Assembly (NCBI GenBank): GCA_964549075.1
Contig: CAZJUB010000044.1
Span: 1-20,770 of the forward strand
From: an uncultured archaeon
GTDB taxonomy: Archaea > Asgardarchaeota > Heimdallarchaeia > Heimdallarchaeales > Heimdallarchaeaceae
Direction of reading: 5' to 3'
DNA length: 20,770 nt
The notes below the pieces were generated by a model. It ran no database searches and had not been told where the DNA came from. It saw only the letters and a program-made list of their open reading frames with translations. Numbering within the stretch: position 1 is the first letter of the stretch; every line of letters begins with the position of its first letter. A program made the translations under genes and the position numbers. Positions 1 to 7,979 of this stretch are shown one piece after another.

Positions 1-563
1 TAGTATGGTTGACAGGCGAGAGGTCCAGCTGCAGCCAGTGCTTCTACCACAAATTCCTTTACACCTTTTATTCCTTTGCCAGGAGGAATCATTTTCATTT
101 TGCCAACATTTGATGATCCTCCACCTTTTGGCATAGCTATAATCTCACACCTATCTCCTTCCACTTAATCAAAATAAAACCAAGGAACGTATCCTCGTAA
201 TCCAACATTGTTTTTGGTGTTTCCTTTGAACATATCTACTGCATTTGGTCTAAGTGGAACAGCAGCAGTAGCTCTTTTTGTTGCTTTTATTAGAGCTGTT
301 TTAATTTCCGATTTCAGAGGGAATTTATCGCCTACTTTTATAAAGAAAGCAACAATACCAGTATCTTGGCACATAGGTTTGATTTGTGTTTCTGCAATGT
401 TTACATTCTCATTTATCGCATGTAATTGAGATTTTCCTAATGCTCCTTCTGTTTCTCTCTCTCCTTTTAGTAAAGCTTCTCTTACTTCTTAAGGCAATTC
501 AGTTGCTGCTATTTTTAATAATCTTGTAGCAGTATCTTCTATTACTTGAGCTATATCTTTCAT
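1..563 (-). pseudogene. Fe-S hydro-lyase (class I fumarate hydratase / L-tartrate dehydratase) alpha subunit, interrupted by two in-frame TAA codons; 3' part runs off the window
   Basis: Manual translation from ATG 563: MKDIAQVIEDTATRLLKIAATELP*EVREAL...KPMCQDTG...VPLRPNAV...PWFYFD*VEGDRCEIIAMPKGGGSSN...AGPLACQPY. Family motifs CQDTG, PLRPN and PKGGGS are all in one frame. TAA at 489-491 and 165-167. Starts 5 nt after the beta-subunit stop. The family call is firm; pseudogene versus sequencing error is unresolved. Confidence 0.75.
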
Positions 564-568
564 TTCTA

Positions 569-1165
569 TCACAATTCCTTTAAAATCTCAACCTTCTTTG
601 CTTCAATGTTCTTTTTTGATTCTTCGGTTAAGTTGCCTCCGTAAGTATCAATGGTCACTGTTAATGGACCAAATTTTTCAACCTCATAAATCCAAAGTGA
701 TTCTGGCATTCCTAGTTCTTCTAACCAGAAAACATCTTTTACTTCCTTTATTCTATCAGCTGCAAGCAAAGCAGCGCCACCAGTAAAATAACCATAGATG
801 CAAGTCTCTTCTTGACAAGCTTTAGTTGTTCTCGCACCCATTCCTCCTTTTCCTATAATCATACCAGGATGGAATGCTTTGATGAATTCATCTTGGAAGA
901 TTTCCATTCTTGCGGAGGTAGTTGGACCTGCAGCAACTACAGTCCATTTGTCATTCTCATCTTTTTGCATAACTGGACCACAATGGAAAAGACCTATTCC
1001 TTTAAAATTCACAGGTGGTTCTTCACCTTTTTCATACATCTCTAATGCTTTTAGGTGAGCTTCATCACGAGCAGTTACTACTGTTCCTGATAGATAAACA
1101 ATATCCCCTATTTTTACCTTTTTTAAGTCTTCTTGGGGAATTGGAGTAGTCAAATAGTGTTCCAT
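569..1165 (-). CDS. Fe-S hydro-lyase (fumarate hydratase / tartrate dehydratase) beta subunit, FumA C-terminal/TtdB family
   Basis: Motifs GDIVYLSG..TARDEAH, HCGPV, AAGPTTSARM, IIGKGG, LGMPES, FGPLTVTIDTYG; directly upstream of the alpha subunit. Confidence 0.95.
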   Translation of the reverse strand: MEHYLTTPIPQEDLKKVKIGDIVYLSGTVVTARDEAHLKALEMYEKGEEPPVNFKGIGLFHCGPVMQKDENDKWTVVAAGPTTSARMEIFQDEFIKAFHPGMIIGKGGMGARTTKACQEETCIYGYFTGGAALLAADRIKEVKDVFWLEELGMPESLWIYEVEKFGPLTVTIDTYGGNLTEESKKNIEAKKVEILKEL

Positions 1166-1185
1166 ATTTTTCGAGCTTAAACAGC

Positions 1186-1200
1186 TTTATTTAATCTTTC
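1186..1200 (-). promoter_or_regulatory. BRE/TATA-like promoter of the hydratase operon, probably leaderless
   Basis: Minus strand GAAAG-ATTAAATA, ending about 23 nt before ATG 1165. Confidence 0.5.
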
Positions 1201-1209
1201 GAAGAGGAC

Positions 1210-1227
1210 TTATGAGTACCGTCATAA
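1210..1227. promoter_or_regulatory. Inverted repeat TTATGA-N6-TCATAA, candidate operator between divergent promoters
   Basis: Perfect 6-bp arms between the hydratase TATA (1188-1195) and the sirtuin TATA-like TTATATA (1250-1256). Confidence 0.35.
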
Positions 1228-1294
1228 TAAACAAGAATTGTAGTCAAAATTATATAGAAGCTTGTAATTGTTTAGTATTAACAGTGAATATCTC

Positions 1295-2065
1295 ATGTCA
1301 TCTATTACTCAACTTTTAGAACAAGTTACCCAGCTTATTATAGATGCAAAGAGTATTGTAATTTTCACAGGTGCAGGTATTAGTGTACCAAGTGGTGTAC
1401 CTGATTTCCGTACTCCAGGGGGGTTATGGGATATATATGATCCTTATGAAGTATCGACAATGAGAGCTTTTAAGAAAAAACCTGAAAAGGTTTGGGAGTT
1501 TTTCAGAGAATTATATGAAAAATTTAGTAATCCAATACCAAATCCTGCACACTTTGCAGTTACAGAAATCCAAAAGATAAAGGGAGTGGATACAACGCAT
1601 ATAATAACGCAAAATATTGATGGTTTGCATAGAAAAGCAGGAGCAGAAAATGTTTTTGAAATTCATGGGAACGCTGAAGTAATGCAATGTTATAAGTGTG
1701 GATTTGAAGAAGAACTAGATATTGAGAAACATCTCAAAACTCTACCCTACCCCCTATGTCCAGAATGTGGTAAGCCTTTAAAGCCAAAAGTAGTGCTTTT
1801 TGAGGAATTACTTGACAATAATCTTTTCCAAAGAGCATTGAGGTTGGCAGTAAAAAGCGATTTAGCTATTGGAATTGGAACTAGTTTAGGAGTTTTTCCA
1901 GCTGCTGACATTTTACTTGCACCACCTCCTAGAACAAAGAAAGTTGTTTTTAATCTCACCAAAACTTACTATGACCATTTGATTCATTATAGAGTTAGAG
2001 GTGATGTTGTAAATACCCTTCCTGAACTAGTGAAAGAAATTAAGAAAAAAATGGGAGAAGAGTAA
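1295..2065 (+). CDS. cobB: NAD-dependent protein deacylase, Sir2/CobB family
   Basis: TGAGISVPSGVPDFR, TQNIDGLH, catalytic HG, two CxxC Zn ligand pairs, GTSLGVFPAA. ATG 1295 is preferred over TTG 1268 because a TATA-like TTATATA at 1250-1256 would put the TSS after 1268. Confidence 0.95.
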   Translation: MSSITQLLEQVTQLIIDAKSIVIFTGAGISVPSGVPDFRTPGGLWDIYDPYEVSTMRAFKKKPEKVWEFFRELYEKFSNPIPNPAHFAVTEIQKIKGVDTTHIITQNIDGLHRKAGAENVFEIHGNAEVMQCYKCGFEEELDIEKHLKTLPYPLCPECGKPLKPKVVLFEELLDNNLFQRALRLAVKSDLAIGIGTSLGVFPAADILLAPPPRTKKVVFNLTKTYYDHLIHYRVRGDVVNTLPELVKEIKKKMGEE

Positions 2066-2148
2066 AATTAAATATTTTTCAATAGATAGGACATTCAGAA
2101 AGTTTAAAGTAGTAAATAGATTAACTTATTGTCGTAAGGTAGATTGTA

Positions 2149-3189
2149 ATGTCATATGATAAAGATCCTGATGAATTCAAAAAGAATGAACCAGAACAAA
2201 GTTCTTTTCAGCAAGAATTACGTAATGCTATAGAAGAACAAGCAGAAGAAGTTGATGAAAAAATTCAAGATGAAGAGCCACAGTATAAGGAAGAGAAAAT
2301 GCAGGAAGAGAGGGAACCAAAGCGAGAGCCTGAACCTGAACCTGAACCTGAGCCAGAGGAAAAGCCTAAACCAATAGCTCTACCAGAAGAATCTAAAGAG
2401 AAGAAAAAAGAGAAAGAAAAGAAGGTAGTCTATTCGCGTATTGATGTTGATCTTTGGAGAACCAAAATGCATAAACAGGAGTGGGGTATAAGACTCGATG
2501 CTCAAAGAGCACAGAAAGACAGACAATGGACCAGAGATATGGATCAACTGGGAACTGTTAAAATAGATGGAGAAGACTATGGTATTTTAGCTATCCGAGA
2601 AAATGCTTGGAAAGAAAAAGATCATCTAGAAAGAAGATTTGTTATGAAATTATTTTCACCTAGTGGTTATTGGAGAGCTAGTATTGAAAGACTTCAAGGA
2701 GAAAGCTTTGCTAATTCCTTAGCTATAAAAGAACCTTCCCCAGCTTACATCTGTGTTTTCAAACACACACGTAACTTGTTCCGAATTAAAAGATTAGCCC
2801 ATTTTCCTCGTTTTCAAGGTCAAATATTTGGATTTAGTTATTTAGATGAAAATGATATTTTCCAAACATTTGTCATAGATGATAAACGACTTAGATTTGG
2901 TTCAGATTGGGTCATTAAAGATATTCATAATAAAGTTGTTGCAAAAATAGATGGAAAATTCATGAACTTAGGTGGAAGATTTAAGATACAAATTTTTAAA
3001 GAAATGCTAGCAAAAGATAAAACATTTTACACTATGCTTATACTCTTTAGTTCTACATTGAGGTACTATAAAGATATCAAGAAAAACATAAAGAAATCAC
3101 TGAAAGAACTCAAACAATCTGATGTTGAAGTAAAACTAGATGAAAGTGAAACTAATCTTTATCTCAATCCTAGAAAATTATCAATTTAA
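2149..3189 (+). CDS. Hypothetical protein: acidic/Pro-rich disordered N-terminus plus possible Tubby-C/LURP-one/scramblase-like beta-barrel
   Basis: First ~90 aa are E/Q/P/K-rich; the C-terminal pattern FVIDDKRLRFGSDWVIKD...VVAKIDGKFMNLGGRFKIQI followed by a hydrophobic helix (FYTMLILFSSTL) resembles the Tubby-C-like fold. The fold call is inference. Confidence 0.6.
   Translation: MSYDKDPDEFKKNEPEQSSFQQELRNAIEEQAEEVDEKIQDEEPQYKEEKMQEEREPKREPEPEPEPEPEEKPKPIALPEESKEKKKEKEKKVVYSRIDVDLWRTKMHKQEWGIRLDAQRAQKDRQWTRDMDQLGTVKIDGEDYGILAIRENAWKEKDHLERRFVMKLFSPSGYWRASIERLQGESFANSLAIKEPSPAYICVFKHTRNLFRIKRLAHFPRFQGQIFGFSYLDENDIFQTFVIDDKRLRFGSDWVIKDIHNKVVAKIDGKFMNLGGRFKIQIFKEMLAKDKTFYTMLILFSSTLRYYKDIKKNIKKSLKELKQSDVEVKLDESETNLYLNPRKLSI
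2326..2358 (+). repeat. In-frame hexamer repeat (GARCCW)x5 encoding (EP)5E linker
   Basis: GAGCCT GAACCT GAACCT GAACCT GAGCCA GAG. Confidence 0.85.
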
Positions 3190-3195
3190 GCTTCC

Positions 3196-3204
3196 TTTTT
3201 TTTT
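3196..3204 (+). terminator. Oligo-T archaeal terminator candidate
   Basis: T9 run 6 nt after the stop at 3189. Confidence 0.5.
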
Positions 3205-3275
3205 AATTTTCTCATTTTATTATAATAAATAGCATTTTTATAGTTAAATAAGATAAATCTAATGAAGGAAATAGT

Positions 3276-4679
3276 ATGACAATTGAAGTCAATATTCGTT
3301 TCAAGGTAGCTTTCGACCTTATTATCGAAGCTAATCAAAAACTTGAAGATTCTAATCTATTAAAGTATCTTAAAGTTAATCCGAAAAAGACGAACGAATA
3401 TCGTGCTTCTCCACACAATTATCAAAAAATACTTCAAATCCTTCAGTCTAGAGATTATATATTAAAATCCTCAATACTGGAAAATCCTAAGTTATCTGAA
3501 AACTATCAAAAACGGATGAAATTGAAACTAAAGCTTAGAGAATATCAAGAAAAAGCTCTAGCAGAATTTCTTGAAAATGAGGGAAGAGGAATAATAATTC
3601 TACCAACTGCTGCTGGAAAGACTATAATAGGTTTAAAAGCTATAGAGAGATTACAACAAAAAACAGTCATAGTTGTTCCGACGAAGAATCTTCTCTATCA
3701 GTGGGTTGAACACCTAACTAAATATACTTCGTTATCCAGAGATTTGATTGGACAACTTGGTGACCAAGTAAGAGATATTAAAGAAATTACAGTAACAACT
3801 TACGACAGTGCACGATTGAATATCAATGAACTAAGAAAAAAATTCAATTTTATAATCTTTGATGAAGCTCATCATGCAGGAGCAAAAGAATCATTGAAAG
3901 TATTAGAAGGATTACCTTCCGCTTTTAGACTTGGTTTAACTGCAACTCCAGATAGATCAGATAAAGCAGAGGAAATTTTGTTTGATTTAATTGGAAAACC
4001 AATCAAAGTTGCTAAGGTTTCAGATCTTGCTGAAAATGGTTATATCGCCAAATATCAACATCAAACAATTAAAGTCCCATTGGACCAAGAGGAGAAAGAA
4101 CTCTACAACAAGTACATGGGAGTATACAGGGGATATCTGAGAAGTAGGAATATCCAAATTCGAACACCAGAAGATTATGAACGATACTTGATTTTCAGAG
4201 TAAATCAAGATTTTGAAGCTAAAGAAGCACTCAATGCTCATCGAAAAGCTAGAACTCTGGTTTTTTCTTCCAATTCGAAACTTAGAAAAGTTGAGGAGCT
4301 ACTGTTAAAACACAAAAATGATCAAGTGATTATTTTTTCTGAATTCAATGATATGGTGTATGATATCAGCAGAAGACATCTAATTCCAGCTATCACGCAT
4401 GAAACAAAAAGTTCTGAACGACAAGCTATTCTTAGAAGATTCAATACTGGTGATTACTCAAAAATAGTTACAGGGAGAGTATTAGATGAGGGGTGGGATT
4501 GCGGTAATGTTAATGTTGGAATAATAGTCAGTGGGACAGGTCAAGCAAGACAATTTATTCAAAGGTTAGGGAGAATTTTACGACCAAAGGAGGGTGAAGC
4601 TGCTCTTTATGAACTAGTTACACCAGAAACATTAGAAGCTGGCACAGCTAGACGTAGAAAAGAAAGTGATGTGATTTAA
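3276..4679 (+). CDS. xpb: XPB/Rad25-like SF2 DNA helicase
   Basis: LREYQ Q-motif, Walker A LPTAAGKT, DEAHH, GLTATPDR, VLDEGWD, QFIQRLGRILR; stop overlaps the start of a DUF790/Bax1 gene (TAATG). Confidence 0.92.
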   Translation: MTIEVNIRFKVAFDLIIEANQKLEDSNLLKYLKVNPKKTNEYRASPHNYQKILQILQSRDYILKSSILENPKLSENYQKRMKLKLKLREYQEKALAEFLENEGRGIIILPTAAGKTIIGLKAIERLQQKTVIVVPTKNLLYQWVEHLTKYTSLSRDLIGQLGDQVRDIKEITVTTYDSARLNINELRKKFNFIIFDEAHHAGAKESLKVLEGLPSAFRLGLTATPDRSDKAEEILFDLIGKPIKVAKVSDLAENGYIAKYQHQTIKVPLDQEEKELYNKYMGVYRGYLRSRNIQIRTPEDYERYLIFRVNQDFEAKEALNAHRKARTLVFSSNSKLRKVEELLLKHKNDQVIIFSEFNDMVYDISRRHLIPAITHETKSSERQAILRRFNTGDYSKIVTGRVLDEGWDCGNVNVGIIVSGTGQARQFIQRLGRILRPKEGEAALYELVTPETLEAGTARRRKESDVI

Positions 4680-6388
4680 TGAGAATTGCACTTGCAGAGC
4701 TAGAATTTGATATTAAAGGTTCAGGGAATAAGTCAACATTCCAACCTCTGTATCTCAAAGCTGAAGACAGAAACAAAGTTAGTGCATTTATTCAATTCTT
4801 AGATAAGAATCTCAAGAAGAAGAAATCAGATATAAACATAGAAATTTTAGACGACTTGTTTCCTTCATACAAGGTTATTCGAGCTCTTCTAGTATCAAGT
4901 TTAAGGTCTTATTCTTATCTTTCTCTTACTTACAAAGACATATTTCAGGAGGAAGAATCTGAAGATAGAAAAGCCACTGACATTACATCTTTTATCAAAG
5001 AAAATACTTCGAAAAATTTGAAAATAAGCAACATGCAACCTTCCGAATTTAGAGAAAAGGTTTTCGATATCATCAATGATGATAAAGGATTTGTTACCAT
5101 AGAAGAAAGAGCTAAGGTGATTGAAGAAATAGAAAAGGAGATTGGGATTCCAGATGGTTTACTTGTAAATTTTCTTTATTTGGATATTGATTCTGAAAAG
5201 GTTTTAATTAAAACTGAAGACATTGATTCCACCCAGTTAATTTATTATCATAATTATGATGTAATAGAGACAACTCTCTCTTTCTCAGTTGACTTGCAAA
5301 TGAGATTGAAGAGTCTTCCAGGGTATCTTGCAAAGAAATTGGTGTATTTATCTAAAAAGAATTATGTTTTTTCTGATATTGTTTTAGAAGACGAAGAATA
5401 TAGAATATCAATTCAACCTCCACTAGAAATGTTCAGAGATCAAGGTGGTTGGGGGAGAAATATGGCAAATGTTGCGTCATATGTTCTGAGAGTGCTTCTA
5501 AGAGAAGAAATACCTTTTCAACTTAATGCCATAGTAGAACCTAGGAAACGAAAAGCGCTCTTTAAATTAAGTTCTGATGATCTACCTCTCCTTCCTACAT
5601 TTAGAAGACAAGAAGAAGATTTAGTGTTTAGACCTGCAATAGATTCAAAGGTAGAAGAACAGTTTTTAAAATCGTGGAGGAACTATCATGGATGGAAAGC
5701 TATACCTGAACCAGAAGCCATAATCGTAGGAAAAAAAATGTATGTACCTGACTTTTTACTTGAAAGAGGGGACAAAACAATTTTCTTAGAAATTGTTGGA
5801 TACTACACAACCAAATACATTCAGAAAAAGAAAAACCAAATGAATGAGTTAGCTAAAACGGGTATTCCTATAATTTACTTAGTTGACGAAAATATCATAT
5901 CTAATTTTGTTGATTTGAGGGGAATAAAGATATTTGGGTATTCAGGCACAAATACTCCTAATCAAGATCTTGCTAGACTACTTGATAAAGAATATTCAGA
6001 TTTCGAAAAAAGACTTCCAAAATTTAAGGAAACACTTAAACAGATTTGTAAATCTCTAGCTGAAGGCCCTTCCCTAATCACACTCCAAGAGTTGAATGAT
6101 AAATTACAAACTTATTCGGAAAATGAAACAAACCGCTTTATGGAGTCGGAAGAAGCTAAGGAAATACTCGAAAATCATAAGATAGTTCTCCTCCCTAGCT
6201 TTGGTTTAGTGAGTAGTACAATTATCGAGGAAATCAACAATTATATGACAAAAATCAAAAAAATCTCCCTATCATCTTTGAAAGATCAGTTTCCTAATTA
6301 TAAAGAAGCATTGATTTCAATATGTCAGTACTTAGGTTGTTCAGTAAAATGGAAATCTATCGACCAAGTTGAAATTTCTAATCCTTAG
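4679..6388 (+). CDS. bax1: Bax1-like endonuclease (DUF790, PD-(D/E)xK), partner of XPB
   Basis: DSKVEEQF...W...EPE...VPDFLLE...FLEIVGYYT.KY..KK nuclease signature; 1-bp overlap with xpb, the established archaeal xpb-bax1 arrangement. Confidence 0.88.
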   Translation: MRIALAELEFDIKGSGNKSTFQPLYLKAEDRNKVSAFIQFLDKNLKKKKSDINIEILDDLFPSYKVIRALLVSSLRSYSYLSLTYKDIFQEEESEDRKATDITSFIKENTSKNLKISNMQPSEFREKVFDIINDDKGFVTIEERAKVIEEIEKEIGIPDGLLVNFLYLDIDSEKVLIKTEDIDSTQLIYYHNYDVIETTLSFSVDLQMRLKSLPGYLAKKLVYLSKKNYVFSDIVLEDEEYRISIQPPLEMFRDQGGWGRNMANVASYVLRVLLREEIPFQLNAIVEPRKRKALFKLSSDDLPLLPTFRRQEEDLVFRPAIDSKVEEQFLKSWRNYHGWKAIPEPEAIIVGKKMYVPDFLLERGDKTIFLEIVGYYTTKYIQKKKNQMNELAKTGIPIIYLVDENIISNFVDLRGIKIFGYSGTNTPNQDLARLLDKEYSDFEKRLPKFKETLKQICKSLAEGPSLITLQELNDKLQTYSENETNRFMESEEAKEILENHKIVLLPSFGLVSSTIIEEINNYMTKIKKISLSSLKDQFPNYKEALISICQYLGCSVKWKSIDQVEISNP

Positions 6389-6419
6389 ATAAAATTGTGT
6401 TTCTTCGAAAAATTCTTTT

Positions 6420-6439
6420 AAGGATACCTTTATTGTTAA
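6420..6439 (+). promoter_or_regulatory. Conserved motif AAGGATACCTTTATTGTTAA (copy 1), between the TATA-like TTTTAA and the start of the phosphorylase gene
   Basis: Matches the reverse complement of 13560-13578 except for one extra T; core AAGG-N3-CCTT is palindromic. Confidence 0.45.
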
Positions 6440-6442
6440 GCA

Positions 6443-7204
6443 ATGTCAAAAAGTATAGCTATTATTGGAGGTTCTGGTGTTTATGACTTGTTTGAAGGTG
6501 GGAAAAATATAATAGTTAAAACTCCTTATGGGAAAGTCGAAAATATAAGCGAAATCACAAGAAAAGATAAAGAAGTTTTTTTTCTACCAAGACATGGACC
6601 TGAGCATTCAGTCCCCCCACATTTGATCAATTATAGAGCAAATATCTATGCACTACATTCTTTAGAAGTGGAGGAGATTTATGCGACTAATGCTGTAGGT
6701 TCAATAATTCAAACTATCCAACCAGGTGATTTTGTTGTTCCAGACCAACTTATTGACATGACTAAAAATAGAATTTTAACTTTTTTTGATGGAGAAACCG
6801 AGATTGTTTTCAAGGATGGTACATCAAAACAAGGAGTTGTTCATCTGGATTATACCGAACCTTATGCTCCTCGTTTGCGAAAGAAGTATCTGTCACTATT
6901 TAAGGATTCATCAGAGAAAATTCATGATAAAGGTGTTTTAGTTTGTACTGAAGGACCAAGATTCGAGACACCAGCTGAAATTCATATGTATCAAAAATTT
7001 GGTGGAACTTTAGTCGGTATGACAACAGTTCCAGAAGCTATTCTAGCTAAAGAAGTACAGATTGCTTACTCAACTCTTTGTCTTGTTACCAATTACGGTG
7101 CAGGAATGCAAGAGGAAATAACTCACAAAGAGGTAATTGAACTTTTCAATGAAAAAACCCAAATCGTTAAATCTATTATGCAGAAGATTATTGAGGGAAA
7201 ATGA
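6443..7204 (+). CDS. MTAP-family purine nucleoside phosphorylase, probably S-methyl-5'-thioinosine / 6-oxopurine nucleoside phosphorylase
   Basis: IIGGSG, FLPRHG..H.VPPH.INYRAN, EGPRFETPAE, VGMT..PE; specificity motif is VTNYGAG (Asn) rather than VTDYD. Confidence 0.9.
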   Translation: MSKSIAIIGGSGVYDLFEGGKNIIVKTPYGKVENISEITRKDKEVFFLPRHGPEHSVPPHLINYRANIYALHSLEVEEIYATNAVGSIIQTIQPGDFVVPDQLIDMTKNRILTFFDGETEIVFKDGTSKQGVVHLDYTEPYAPRLRKKYLSLFKDSSEKIHDKGVLVCTEGPRFETPAEIHMYQKFGGTLVGMTTVPEAILAKEVQIAYSTLCLVTNYGAGMQEEITHKEVIELFNEKTQIVKSIMQKIIEGK

Positions 7205-7313
7205 TCCTTGAAACACTGCAATGCTGAAAGAAGTGACGACAAAAATCCTCTAAAATGGTCGAAATTAGCGCTTTAACAACTAATTTAGGAGGTGTTTTTT
7301 AAACTTGGTCTTC

Positions 7314-7327
7314 CAAAGCTTTATAAA
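7314..7327 (+). promoter_or_regulatory. BRE/TATA of the tbp gene
   Basis: CAAAGC-TTTATAAA about 50 nt upstream of ATG 7377; a second TTTATAAA lies at 7353-7360. Confidence 0.6.
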
Positions 7328-7376
7328 TGAAAGTTTTTTACTTCCTTCAACGTTTATAAAGACGTGATGGGATAAT

Positions 7377-7955
7377 ATGACACCAAAAATAGATTATGGA
7401 ATAGTAATTCAAAATGTTGTAGCCAGTATTAATCTTTTTACAACCATTGATCTTGTTACAGCGTATCAAACCTTAATAGATGATGATGATTTATTCGTCA
7501 GTTATAATCCAGAAACCTTCCCAGGTCTTATATTGAAAATAAAAAAGCCAAAAATAAGCTCATTAGTATTCTCCAGTGGTAAGCTAGTATTAACAGGTGC
7601 CAAATCGACCAACATGGTCCATGAAGGTGTAAATCAAATGATTAAAATCCTCAGAACTGTCGGAACCAGTATAACTGAAGAGCCAGAAATCATTGTTCAG
7701 AACATTGTTGCTTCTGGACACTTCAATCACAGAACTATCAATTTAGAACTAGCAGCTTTATGGTTAGAACACTCAATGTATGAGCCAGAACAATTCCCAG
7801 GCTTAATTTACAGGCTTGCAGAACCAAAGACTGTTCTTCTGTTATTTCAATCAGGAAATTTAGTATGTACTGGTGCAAAAACTGAGGAGCAGGTACGACA
7901 AGCAGTCGAAAATACCTACAATACCCTCGACGAAATCAATGCCTTTGATTTCTAA
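7377..7955 (+). CDS. tbp: TATA-box-binding protein
   Basis: Two repeats: QNVVAS...YNPETFPGL...VFSSGKLVLTGAK and QNIVAS...YEPEQFPGLIYR...LFQSGNLVCTGAK. Confidence 0.98.
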   Translation: MTPKIDYGIVIQNVVASINLFTTIDLVTAYQTLIDDDDLFVSYNPETFPGLILKIKKPKISSLVFSSGKLVLTGAKSTNMVHEGVNQMIKILRTVGTSITEEPEIIVQNIVASGHFNHRTINLELAALWLEHSMYEPEQFPGLIYRLAEPKTVLLLFQSGNLVCTGAKTEEQVRQAVENTYNTLDEINAFDF

Positions 7956-7960
7956 TTACC

Positions 7961-7975
7961 CCTCCTTCTTTTTTT
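7961..7975 (+). terminator. Pyrimidine/oligo-T terminator of tbp
   Basis: CCTCCTTCTTTTTTT in the 24-nt gap between convergent genes. Confidence 0.5.
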
Positions 7976-7979
7976 CGTT

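Noticed and set aside
165-374. 69-aa ORF treated as a standalone gene
   Set aside because: It is the middle fragment of the interrupted hydratase alpha subunit (1-563)
1-563. Genome-wide TAA reassignment
   Set aside because: TAA terminates cobB, xpb, tbp, hisS and others at their expected ends, and no other gene has internal stops
2066-2079. AATTAAATATTTTT also present in reverse at 19511-19524
   Set aside because: A/T-only match, expected by chance in AT-rich intergenic DNA
3600-3623. Walker A PTAAGKT as a sign of an inactive helicase
   Set aside because: GKT, DEAH and motif VI are intact, so this is likely a tolerated variant
1295-6388. Sir2 + helicase + nuclease as an anti-phage defence system
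   Set aside because: The sirtuin is a canonical Zn-binding deacylase, not a SIR2_2-type NADase, and the pair is the known XPB-Bax1 in a housekeeping context
7200-7240. Possible second C/D sRNA (CTGA...GTGACGA)
   Set aside because: No downstream D box and no terminal stem
7287-7367. Perfect AGGAGGTG followed by a 20-codon TTG uORF (7305-7367) in frame with tbp
   Set aside because: It spans the tbp TATA box, follows a T6 run and has a weak start codon; probably chance, though read-through transcripts cannot be excluded
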